Assembly (NCBI RefSeq): GCF_001194135.2
Contig: NC_068986.1
Coordinates: 34,394,981-34,451,442 of the forward strand
DNA: 56,462 nucleotides
Direction: 5' to 3'
Origin: Octopus bimaculoides
Taxonomy: Eukaryota
Shown here: piece by piece, positions 25,001 through 36,270 of the stretch
How the letters are laid out: the number at the start of each line of letters is the position of its first letter
Numbering within the stretch: position 1 is the stretch's first letter
Made by a program: the position numbers and the translations under genes
Notes under the pieces: generated by a model
Database searches by the model: none
What the model was told of the DNA's origin: nothing
The model's input: only the letters and a program-made list of their open reading frames with translations

Positions 25001-26071
25001 TTCTATTTTCTTTAGGCTGAGTTAACGCTCTGTTACTCTAGAATTTCCTTAATATGTAGAAGGTACTTCAGGCAAAACAACAGGATAAACTTCTTCATTC
25101 TCAGGATTACAGGAATGGTTAAATACATACTATTGGTTGAAATTACAGACTGGCATTTCAGCTTGATTCCTAGATGGGACGGGAGGAAAATCAGGCAAAA
25201 ATTCACACTCACCCATGCATGTAAGTAAACACATATGCACAGATATGTGTGTTTGTTTGTGTGTGTATGCCATTTATCCATGCTGGCATGAGTTGAATGG
25301 AATTTTTTGAGGTGACTTATGACCAGATGCCCTTTCTATTCCCAACTCTTTTAATGTTCTCTAACGAAACAAAGATAGTATGCCTATCCTTAGAGTATAC
25401 ATAATACAGTTGTGTATGTGTGTATGTGTCTATGTACATATATGTATGTACCTATGTATATATGTGGGGGATGGTGCATGTGTGCTAATAACTAATATCT
25501 ATGTTGAGTACTAATATTAGTATCCAAGGTTAATACTTGTAAAGTTTTTGAAATATGTCCACAATCTAAATTTATGTATATGTTTATCTCTCAGCACTTG
25601 GTTTTTCTTAGTTTCTTTTCTTAACATTTATTGAAAGAAACAAAAACTTACAATTCCTATTTGTTTGACTGGCTGTGTTTTGATTTTTCCAAACATTCTT
25701 TGAAACAGTCTCATGTTTCAAAAAGAAAGGATTCTAATTAAAATCTAATTATTTGATTACCAAATTCATGTTTTCTTCTTTTTTTTAAACTTAAATTAAA
25801 ATATATACTACATTCACCACTATTACATTCTTCTTTCCATATTTCCATAATCAAACAAGTTACAATAATTTAAATAGTTTTTTCCTTGAGAAGGTTAGAA
25901 GATAAAGAATTGGTAATTTTCTAATTTCTTTGCATACTCTTTTATTAAAATGATTATTTCGATCATTTTCCAATATGCTCTGTATTACTAGCTCATTCGA
26001 TCTTTGATGAAAGAAACAATACTTCCCATAAAAAAATTAAAAAGACTCTTATGTTCTAAAGCTTTGTTTAA

Positions 26072-26296
26072 TCTTGTAGCATTTAAACTAGCCATATCTG
26101 ACCCAAATATTCGCTTTGTTTTATGTTCAAACTGGCCACATTCTGCTTCTCACACCTGCCCTACAATGTCCTTCAAAGAATAAACAATTGCATCATCAAA
26201 ATCTCAAAGCTATAAGATAATGAATGAATAATTAATTCAAAATAATATGAATAAATGAGCATTACATTTTAACAAGATAATATGAATGTTGAAGGG
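26072..26296. mobile_element. piggyBac-like non-autonomous element (TTAA-flanked MITE)
   Basis: TTAA at 26068-26071 and 26297-26300; right end AAGGG|TTAA; left TIR degenerate (7/13 match); partly from memory of this octopus repeat. Confidence 0.5.
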
Positions 26297-27019
26297 TTAA
26301 AAGACAGTAATGAATTTTAATTTTGTGTCTGTTCATTTTTATTTTTTTTTAAAACGTGCGTTTTTGTTATTGGATTGACAAAATTATTCAAGTGTGGCCT
26401 TCTGCCATTTGTTTTCGCTCTTTACATTCTGAAATCAAATCCTGCCAAGATCAGCTTTTTCTATTATCTTTTCTGGAGTTGGTAAAATAGAGTACCATTC
26501 CGGTTGACTACATCTCCTCCAAATCTTTGACCTTGTTTTTACATTATAAATTATTATTATTAGCAGTATTATTCTTTTATGTATGAATGGCAGAGTTGCT
26601 AGGAAATCTGATAAAATATATTTCTTTATGATATTTGGGTACACTATCTTTTGTTCCAAGTCCAGACCCTGCTGAAATCCTCCTTGTTTTTCTTCCTTCT
26701 TTTGAGTTTGATAAAGTGAGCAATGGGTGTTGATTTAATAAAATTATACCTTAGAACCCAGTGCTCCAGCATTGCCGTAATCCAGAAGAACAGTAAAAGA
26801 ATTAAAGAATTAATTGCTCTCATTGAAGAAGTTAGTAGTGGAGTCCCTTGTTGCCTTTTGCCTTTTGTTTCTACAAGCTTGATAATATGAATACCAGCAA
26901 TATACTGGTGATAGATTCAGCAAACTTCACCCCAATCATAACACTTAGAAAAACTATTTACCTGGTCTCAAATCAAAAGAAATCATTAATCATTATTTCA
27001 TTTCTTTAATATTCACTTT

Positions 27020-27231
27020 TCCATGTTTGTATGGGTCAGGTGGAATTTACTGAGGCAGATTTTTCTACAGTTGGATGCCTTTCCTATCACCAACCTTCAC
27101 TCGTTACCAAGCAAGGTAATATTTTCCCATGACCAGATGTTTTCCCACAGAAAGATGAGAAATGAACAACACTTACTTGTATGGTGGTGACACTTGTTTA
27201 CATCTGTTATGCAATGTCAAGACAAGGAGGT

Positions 27232-27268
<37 letters not shown>

Positions 27269-27375
27269 GGTTATATAGTAGAATACACTTGCCCAAAGTG
27301 CCATGCTGTGGGACTGAACCTGAGACCACATGGTTGGAAAGCAAACTTTTTAACCACTCAGTCATGCCTGCACCT
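27020..27375 (-). mobile_element. SINE A2 (A head + CORE start + (CA)n hinge + different body + RTE-type tail)
   Basis: Head reverse complement at 27280-27375; body and tail TTTCCATGTTTGTATGGG..CTACAGTTGGATGCCTTTCCTATCACCAACC. Confidence 0.82.
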
Positions 27376-27756
27376 ATTGCTATTATTGGAGTGATGTAAT
27401 CTAAAATGCTTTTCAGTAATTAGTTTTCTCTTTATCCTGGGTTCAAATTCTGCTGTTGTTAAAGGTCAATATTCATGTTTTCTTTTTTCCGATGAAATTA
27501 ATACCAGTGTTGTACTAGAATTGGTTCAATGTCCCATCCAAACATCTAACTTTGTACCAAAATTAAACAGTTATAAGAGTAATTCGGATAATGATATAAT
27601 AAAATTTTTATATTGATTGTAAAACACGACTGTCTCCATTTCTTAGAATATTTCATCTCTAAAACTCTAAGTTTTTATTCTTATAAAGATACTCGTTGTT
27701 TAGGAAATCATCATCTCATAATTTTATTGAAATGTCAGATCAGGGATTAGCTGTGG

Positions 27757-27930
27757 ATTAGCTGAATCATTAGAGTGTCTGATACAATGCCATGTGGTAT
27801 TTATTCCAGTGCTTTGCATTCTGAATTTAAATCTTGCTGAGGTAAGCTTTGCCTTTCATCTTACAAGGTTTAATAAAATAAAAATACCATCAATTACTGG
27901 GGGTCTATTTAATTGCTTGTCGTGTCTTAT
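27757..27930 (+). mobile_element. Degenerate SINE B
   Basis: TTCTGAATTTAAATCTTGCTGAGGTAAGCTTTGCCTTTCATC. Confidence 0.7.
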
Positions 27931-27974
27931 CTTTTATTTTTTGGGTGTTTCAGTCATTGGACTGCAGCCATTCT

Positions 27975-28175
27975 TGAGGATATTGTCTTGAGTATATATT
28001 GCCTTCATGGTGGAGATTAAAGCTTCAGTCTCCAGCATGACAGGCAGGGATGCTTGTCACTACACAATTGAGGACTGGTTAAGCATAAAAGCATTAACTG
28101 GGGACAACATTACAATGTATATAAGGTTCATAAGAAATTGTCAAAGTGTTGGACACATCTTCCCAATCTTTTGTT
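27975..28175 (-). mobile_element. Possible highly decayed RTE-clade ORF fragment
   Basis: Fragments GRCVQHF, NVV and LPVMLE loosely resemble RTE RWVEHY...NVV...LPVMEE; weak. Confidence 0.25.
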
Positions 28176-28359
28176 GTATCGTTTTATGTACTCGCTTATA
28201 ATTCTACCTAAGTCAACCTTGTTGTTTTTATCCTCGTTCTATCCATTACATACATACTAGTCAAATACTGGGTCATTTTAATTAATTGTTCCTGTCTCCT
28301 CTTTTAGAAAATCATTACTTCAGTCAATGAGTTTTATTTATTGATATTTAATAAGTTCC

Positions 28360-28545
28360 TAAGGCGGTGAGCTGGCAGAAACGTTAGCACACTGGGTGAA
28401 ATACTTCGCAGTATGTCGTTATGTTCTGAGTTCAAATTCCTCCGAGGTCGACTTTGCCTTTCATCCTTTCGGGGGTCGATAAAGTAAGTACTAGTTGCAT
28501 ACCCCCAAAATTTCGGGTTTTGTGCCTATAGTAGAAAAGATTAGA
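28360..28545 (+). mobile_element. SINE B with 16-bp target-site duplication
   Basis: ATATTTAATAAGTTCC at 28344-28359 and 28546-28561; A-box TGGCAGAAACG, B-box GAGTTCAAATTCC. Confidence 0.95.
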
Positions 28546-29215
28546 ATATTTAATAAGTTCCATTTCAAATCATTTTGTTCTGTATATTTATAAATATTCT
28601 GAAAGCTTCTTTTAACAAAACAAATTGAAGACATTTATTTATATCTAATTTTTAAATTCGTTTAATCAACACTCTTTGAAGTACCTTGAATTTGCTTGAG
28701 GTGCATACTGTATTTGATGGCATAGAAAACACACTGGGATATTAAATATAGCTCAATTTCAACAGTGCACATTTGGGAAAAATGGTTTTCAGTGCATTAA
28801 TGCACATGATATAGGCACAACTTAACATATAGGACCTGAGGAGATTTTTAAAGACCTCTTTCTGGAAATATGCCAGCATAGAAAACAGACATTTAGATAA
28901 CAATGATGATAGGGGGTGGAGTGCATCTTGTATGGTATTGAATATGGGTTTTTTTAAAGTTCTTACAATTCGTAAATTTTAATAAATAAAGTAAATATCT
29001 TTATAACTTAAAAAATAAATCTTATAGTTTTAATCTTTTGCTTGATTTAACATCACCATCTGTGATCCTTGGGTACTTTTATTAGGGTACACTGTTGAAA
29101 ACATTTAGGCCATCTTCCTGCAAGTTCTTGGAGACCCTGACAAAAAGGCCTATTGGCACTTATCCTTTCCTAAATGATGCCAAATGTTTTGCTTTTTCGT
29201 TTTTGATTTTAATCA

Positions 29216-29275
<60 letters not shown>

Positions 29276-29434
29276 CAAATTCATATTAGATTTTCTTTTT
29301 ATTAATTTAGTAACGAGCTCTGTCTTCTGATTATTACTCTATATAATAAATGTTGCAAGTCATAAATACAAAAGCTTAATTTCTTGAAAAATCTTCTGTG
29401 TAGGTAAAATATTTCTTTTATTGAAAATAAAAAT

Positions 29435-29760
29435 AATTGTTTCTAGTTACAGGCAGAAAACCTAAAAATTTGACCTCAATTTTAATTAATCCCAAAAAGT
29501 TGAAAGGCAAACTTGATCTTATCAGGATGTAAACTGATGTAAAAAGTTGGAACAAATACCACAAGTCATTTTGTCCGACACTTTTACTGATTTTTGCCAA
29601 TCTACTGCATTTAAGATAATTTTGCACAAGGCCAGAAATTTGGCCGAAGGAAGCGGTTAATTCTATTTACCTCCATACCTGACTTGTACCATATTTTATC
29701 AAACGCAGAAGGATGGAAGATAAGGCTGACCTTGGTATGCATTGCACTCAGAATGTTACG
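29435..29760 (-). mobile_element. Two degenerate SINE B-like remnants
   Basis: AGGCAAACTTGATC, TTTTGTCCGAC, and GGATGGAAGATAAGGCTGACCTTGG motifs. Confidence 0.6.
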
Positions 29761-29800
29761 GAGCTGGAGAAAATATCACAGTATTTTCTCAAACACTGTG

Positions 29801-29853
<53 letters not shown>

Positions 29854-30370
29854 AGTAATGGTGATGATGTAGCTGCAGAAAAAAAAAGAAGTTAACTTAG
29901 ACCATATGTGTTGTTATAGAGATGATGTCACTATACATAGTGTGACTAACATGAAGCAATCTTATAGAAAACTTCATAGCTTTATATACAGGACACTTAT
30001 GTTAAGTGTGTTTGTGTGTGTTGATTATATACACAAAGAATACATTTGTGTGCGCGCACACATGTGTATATATGTTTATATACACAAAGGTACATGTGCA
30101 TATATAGCATGTATATGTGTGCGTACACATATGTAATATGCATATGAGTGTATCTACATTATTATGTCCTTACACATATATACATATCTTTGTTTATATA
30201 CACACATATATCTGTGTGTGTGTGTGTGTATCTATGTATGTATGTTTGTATATAATATTGATCGCAGCATGCCAGATCAGCAAGTTCTGTCCACTTAATA
30301 GGTCCTCGTAATGAAATGAATGACTTTTGCTACTGTTTCTGTTTTTTCTTCTCTTTTTTCTTGCTTTCAG

Positions 30371-30424
30371 ACTGGCTTCTTTCACTTTTGATTTCATTAG
30401 AGACGATACGAGAGTTACGATTAG
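30371..30424 (+). CDS. Candidate 54-nt exon (LASFTFDFIRDDTRVTI in phase 2, or 5' UTR)
   Basis: About 35-nt pyrimidine tract ending CTTGCTTTCAG|, donor TAG|GTAAAA, length 3n. Confidence 0.45.
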
Positions 30425-30855
30425 GTAAAATAATAATAATAATCACACAAGGAAATGAGCAGAAATATACAAGAGAAATAAGAAAAATGAATCCAAAAAG
30501 AAATTCTTTTTTCGTTGTAGATTATTAAAACACATAATTACCATCCAAATAATTAATACATTGTTAGCAATCAAATTTCATAAACATCTGTAATATTGGT
30601 ATATAGTCAGTTTTTGTGTATAGTTTGGGTAAAGAATTTGTGACGGGACCTCTTATAAAGCGTTGGTAATTAGCTTTATATTTGTTGTTGTTGTTCTTTA
30701 ACACCAAGTTGGTTCTATTTGAGTAAATCTATAATCAAAGTCATTCCATTGGTGACTATCCCGATTTTTTTGTTTTTTTTTGTTATATCTATGACTGGCT
30801 TGCTATAATCTAGTATGAGACTGTCCACATACACACTCCTTCATTGTTTCGTTAG

Positions 30856-30909
30856 CGTGATGAAAAGAAAATTAAGTAATGTCTTTAACGGAGAGAAAAG
30901 AAAACGGAG
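30856..30909 (+). CDS. Candidate 54-nt exon (VMKRKLSNVFNGEKRKR in phase 2)
   Basis: Acceptor CTCCTTCATTGTTTCGTTAG|, donor GAG|GTGAGT, only open frame is the one compatible with the 30371 exon. Confidence 0.5.
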
Positions 30910-31300
30910 GTGAGTGATGGAACACACCCTCCAAGAAACTTACTACATCCTTTTCGCTCTTATTTTTCTTGCAAAAATATTAGCGAAACCAAGAATATGT
31001 AATGCATTTGATTAATTCCTTATTAGAACTGCTACATGGGTTACAATAATTCTCTTAACTGCACATTTTTTTCATTTAATTATATCTACTTGAAGTAGTA
31101 TTACATTATAATCGCATGCAAACCCCATTATATATAATTTCTGTTGGTCACACAAATATATATAGTCATTCATTCATTTTACATGTTTTCCCAATGTTGC
31201 ATGGTTTGGCTGAATACATATTAAGGTGTTGTCTTACAGCTGGATGCCCTTGTTATCACTAACCTTTACTACACACACACACACACACACACACATATAT

Positions 31301-31508
31301 GGTTAGCCATGATAGATCGCTAACCACTACATACATTTCTTTTTCTCCGCTTATTTATCTCCTTGTTTCTTTCTGTGTTCCTTCCTGTGGAAGAGCGTAG
31401 GCTCGAAACGTTAAAGACTTTTTCAATTCTCGAGTGTTATACTAAATACATCTGTTTGTTTTCTACACCACCTGTCTTCGTCTTTTGTCTTTTTTATGAA
31501 TTCTCCTT
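31301..31508 (+). mobile_element. Penelope-like element terminal-repeat fragment
   Basis: GGAAGAGCGTAGGCTCGAAACGTT resembles the CTGAnGA..CGAAACG motif typical of PLE termini; pyrimidine-rich flanks; assignment from memory. Confidence 0.55.
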
Positions 31509-31741
31509 ATATATATATATATATATATATATAGATATATATATGGGGGTGTGTTGCATATAGTAGAAGTTGGCATGTGTTGACACTACTTTGGGATGGA
31601 ACCATCTAGAAAACAGTAACTGTTTGATGGCATGGCATAATCCACGATTACAATTAGGGGCTTCTGTACACAACATGGGCAGGATAATGCTGTATGCATT
31701 TATATATACACACACAAAGAAATAAATACCACACGCACACG

Positions 31742-31786
<45 letters not shown>

Positions 31787-31796
31787 NNNNNNNNNN

Positions 31797-31842
<46 letters not shown>

Positions 31843-32436
31843 CAAAATTACAGCTAATTTCCTAAAGCCTTTCAAAATCTTGATTATAATGGAATACATA
31901 AACAGTGTATTTGTGTGTGTGTGTGTATGAATATTATAATTTGTTTTGTTAAAAAAATTAAATGATAATAAGCTGAATGTTCATTAACAACTTCATTGTT
32001 GCTATCTTGATATAAAGGCAAATAAGTTGCACAACAAAATATTTTACAATATCTGAATTTGTATCTTTAAACTCTACATATTCAACAATCTTAACATCTT
32101 TTGGTTAGCGAATTCTAAAATTCCATCACACATCTGTGTATTGAGCATGTTATTTTTGCATGTGTAAGAATACCGGCTTTTTTCTCTGTGCACATGTATA
32201 TACATAAGGGTGTGTGTGTGTGTGTGTGTGTGTGTTATAGCTCTGATCTGTTTTGGGTTTTGATGCAGAATTTGTTGCATACTTAGATGTAAATCTGTAC
32301 AGACACATAATTATATATGCATACATGCATGTCATTGCTTTTACTTCTGCTTTTTTGTGCCGTCATGGATCGGATGAGAATGTAGTGCAGTGAAAACATG
32401 AGTTAAAAATAAGAGTACTGAAAAATACTAATAATG

Positions 32437-32662
32437 ATGGGTTGGACGATTTGACTGAGGACTGGTGAACCAGATAGCTACACCAGGCTCCAATCTGTAG
32501 AAACTCTGCCAAATCAGATTGAAGCCTGGTGTAGCCATCTGGTTNNNNNNNNNNTCTGCCAAATCAGATTGAAGCCTGGTGTAGCCATCTGGTTTCACCA
32601 GTCCTCAGTCAAATCGTCCAACCCATGCTAGCATGGAAAGCGGACATTAAATGATGATGATA
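32437..32662. repeat. RTE tail with an inverted duplicate of its own 61-bp segment, spanning a 10-N gap
   Basis: 32437-32497 is the reverse complement of the segment ending at 32626 (2 mismatches + 1 indel); tail GGAAAGCGGACATTAAATGATGATG. Confidence 0.85.
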
Positions 32663-32721
32663 CTGGGCTTTATATATTTTACCCCAGAGTCACTTTGATG
32701 GCATGCTTTGCTCTCTCGCTC

Positions 32722-33170
32722 AATAATAATAATAATAAGAAGAAGAAGAATCCCAAATTTTGGCATACGGCCAGCAATTTCAGGGTAGGGGGCAGGTCGA
32801 TTACATCAACACCAGTGTTCAATTGCTACTTATTTTATTGACTCTGGAAAGAGGAAAGGCCAAGTCGACCTCTGCAGAATTTGAACTTAGTATGTTGAGA
32901 CACTAAGCAGTTTAACCAGTGTGCTAATAGTTCTACCAGCTCACCGCCCTTGATGACAACGGCGACTTCAAATTTTCCGGCAAGGGCAGCACTTTGGTGG
33001 GGAGGATGAGTTGATTACATTGATTCCAGTGTTCAACTGGTACTTATTGACCCAGAAAGGAGGGAAGGCAAAGTTGACCTGAGCAAAATTTGAAGTCAGA
33101 GCATAAAGCCGGACGAAATTCCCCTAAGCATTTTGTCTAGTGTGCTAATGGTTCTGCCAGCTCACCGACT
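32722..33170 (-). mobile_element. Head-to-tail dimer of SINE B
   Basis: Two complete copies, 32722-32949 and 32950-33170, each ending CCAGCTCACCG. Confidence 0.9.
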
Positions 33171-33172
33171 TC

Positions 33173-33206
<34 letters not shown>

Positions 33207-33718
33207 TAATAATAATAAAAATAATAATGGTTTTTAACTTAGTTATATGGCTACATAAGTTTTTGTTTGGGAGGGTACTGTTAAATAAACCAAACCAATC
33301 ACCATATTTGACTGGTATCTCTCTCTTGTCAACTCTCTGCATGATCGAAAGCAAAAATTATATGTTTGAGATTTGAACTTACAATGCAAAATGGAAAGGA
33401 ATATAACTAAACATTGTAAGGCATTTTGTTCCACCTCTTCTAAATCATCCATTACACTGCCATAATAATGCTAAATTTTCCAATTAAATGTGAAACTAAT
33501 TGGGCTGATGAAAGAAAATTTCTAACACAGATAAACAATGCAGTTTGTAAAGTTAAATGCTGGATATAGTTTCTTTTGTCCCCCTTCCACTCCGACTCCC
33601 TTAAAGCTGGTTCCTTCTTCTCGTTTCCCTCTTCGACGCCTTCAGTTGGATGTAGAGTATTGCTTCTTCGTTTATCTCTCTTCTATCACTCTTCACACAC
33701 TCACAATATATACATGAA

Positions 33719-33758
<40 letters not shown>

Positions 33759-34083
33759 CAAATTCATTTCTTTAAAATTTTCAATGTGTTCTTTGAATTT
33801 GAAATTTTCTTTCAAATTCCCGAATTGTATGCATGTTTCTCTGTGTGTGTGCGCATGTGCATGCATGTGTGCACTTGTTTGAGTGTATACAGACATACAC
33901 AAGCTACATGTGGTTAGAAAAATGCCTTCTGGCCAAGTACAACACAATGCTCTGCAGAGGTATTTTCCTCTCAGCCATGTGGATATTCATAATAAACATC
34001 ATTCTCTCTATTTCTCTCGCTCTCTCTAATATATATATGTATGCATGTATGTGTATATGCATGTGTGCGTGCATGTGTGTATA

Positions 34084-35331
34084 TTGGGTTAGCCCATAAA
34101 TAATGCATGTTTTTTTTATACTTCTTTTATTTTTCAAAATTAGGACAAAATTCTTTTTTAATCCAAAATATACTCTTCTTCATTTTCTACAATGCTCTTC
34201 CATCTATCTGGAAGACTTGCAAGACCCCTCTTCCAAAATTCACTTGTCTGTGACAAAAAGATACTCTTCTAGTGCTGTTCTGGCCTTGTCTACAGAATTC
34301 ATATTTTTTTCCATCCAAATGATTTTGAAGACTGGAATAAATGATAATCAGATGGGGCAATGTCCAGCAAATATAGTGGGTGGGGTATCGTTTCCCATTG
34401 AGACTGCTCCAGCCTTTGGAATGTCATCCTTGCTGTATGTGGCTGAGCATTATCCTGATGGAAGAACACCTTTCGTTTTCAAACCAAGGATGGTTGTTTT
34501 TCTTCTAGCGCTGATTTAAGCTGCTCACTCTAGATCTCCTTTGTTATCATTTGGTTTGTGTTTAAAAGTTCAAAGTGGACCGAACCTTTCATATCCCACC
34601 CAACAGATAACAAGACCATATGTGGGTAAAGATCTTTAGCCTGGGGTGCTGGTATTTCTCCTTTCCTTTCCCACTGTCTTTGGCACTTGACATTTTTATA
34701 GAGAACCCATTTCTTGTCACCAGTCACTATTTGGTCCAAAAAAAGGTTTGTTCATGAGATGTGGCAGCAAAGAAGAGCACACATTCACTCACTGCATGCA
34801 ATTAGACTCGGAAAGTTTGTGAGGAACCCATTGACTCAATTTGCTGACTTTTCTGATGGCACGCAGGTGTCGATGAATGTTTGAATGGCCAAATCCAAGC
34901 TTTTCTGCTAGTTCCTTAACAGTTAGGATGAGATTTTGTTCCACCAGGTTTTGCAAGATGTCCTTATCAAGGTCTACAAATCTTCCAGGACAAGGATCAT
35001 CTTTTAGGCTATAGTTTCTGGCTAGGAATTTCTGGAACCACTGTTGACGCTGGCTTGCACTTATTGTCCAATCCCCATATACTGCATTAATATTCCTCAC
35101 ACTTGCCATTGCATTTTTGCCTTTATTGAACTCATTAAGCAAGATATACCGAATGTGCTCCTTTGTCACTTCCATTATAGCTTTGAAAAAATAACTGTTA
35201 AAATTAAACTGCACTCTTCAAAACTTGCACTAAGGAAAAATTACTACCTGCTTTTATAACAAGTTGATGCAGGTAGTTTATCCCTTCCCCCTTTGACTCA
35301 TAAGCATTCAAAAAGCACGCAACATATAATA
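34084..35331 (-). mobile_element. Near full-length decayed mariner (DD34D) transposon; transposase pseudogene about 35175-34158
   Basis: MEVTKEHIR HTH region, WVPHKL, IVTGDKKW, FHQDNAQPH, HPLYLLDIAPSDY (34 residues between 2nd and 3rd D by count), IVENEEEYILD*; TA+TTGGGTTAGCCCATAAATAATGC TIR at 34082; stops and frameshifts. Confidence 0.95.
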
Positions 35332-35441
35332 CATAGTGTAAATTTTATTTTTACAAAGAAAAATGCTTGACTAGTGACATGTCATCTGCAATTGGCTTCA
35401 TCAGACTGTGCATACGTGTTGATATGTATACATATATATAT

Positions 35442-36048
35442 ATCATCATCATCATCATCATCATCGTCGTTTAACGTCCGCTTTCCATGCTAGCATGGGT
35501 TGGACGATTTGACTGAGGACTGGTGAAACCGGATGGCAACACCAGGCTCCAATCTAATTTGGCAGAGTTTCTACAGCTGGATGCCCTTCCTAACGCCAAC
35601 CACTCCGAGAGTGTAGTGGGTGCTTTTACGTGTCACCCGCACAAAANNNNNNNNNNNNNNNNNNNNNNNNNNNNNNNNNNNNNNNNNNNNNNNNNNNNNN
35701 NNNNNNNNNNNNNNNNNNNNNNNNNNNNNNNNNNNNNNNNNNNNNNNNNNNNNNNNNNNNNNNNNNNNNNNNNNNNNNNNNNNNNNNNNNNNNNNNNNNN
35801 NNNNNNNNNNNNNNNNNNNNNNNNNNNNNNNNNNNNNNNNNNNNNNNNNNNNNNNNNNNNCATCTCATGTGCCACCCGCACAAGAACCAGTCCAGGGGCA
35901 CTGGCAACGATCTTACTTGGCTTGCCGGGTCTTCTCACGCACAGCACATTTCCAAAGGTCTCGGTCAGTAGTCATCGCCTCGGTGAGGCCCAATGTACGC
36001 AGGTCTTGCCTCACCACCTCAGCCCAGGTCTTCCTGGGCCTACCTCTT
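35442..36048 (-). mobile_element. 5'-truncated RTE-clade LINE (ORF C-terminus + long 3' UTR + (ATG)n tail)
   Basis: 36047-35913 encodes RGRPRKTWAEVVRQDLRTLGLTEAMTTDRDLWKCAVREKTRQAK*, the typical RTE C-terminal GRP.KTW motif; tail GGAAAGCGGACGTTAAACGACGATGATG. Confidence 0.9.
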
Positions 36049-36049
36049 A

Positions 36050-36150
36050 TATATATATATATATACTCTTACTCTTACTCTTTTACTTGTTTCAGTCATT
36101 TGACTGTGGCCATGCTGGAGCACCGCCTTTAGTCGATCATATCGACCCCA
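36050..36150 (-). mobile_element. SINE A1 3' tail fragment
   Basis: CTCTTTTACTTGTTTCAGTCATTTGACTGTGGCCATGCTGGAGCACCGCC. Confidence 0.88.
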
Positions 36151-36270
36151 CTGCTATGTAAAGTACCTTTCTGAGGTGTACTCTACTGTACTTTCAGTTG
36201 GACTAATGACTAATACCATTTCATAATAAGTTTGGTAAATGCAAACTATATGGAATCTCATCATATATAT

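Noticed and set aside
30944-30967. Minus-strand 24-nt microexon candidate (KNKSEKDV; TTTTTGCAAG|...GTA|GTAAGT)
   Set aside because: AAG acceptor is weak and it lies 35 bp from a better-supported plus-strand exon; likely chance
32505-32594. Exact 40-bp direct repeat either side of a 10-N gap
   Set aside because: Classic unmerged contig overlap (assembly artefact)
34103-34519. 138-aa plus-strand ORF
   Set aside because: Antisense shadow of the mariner transposase remnant
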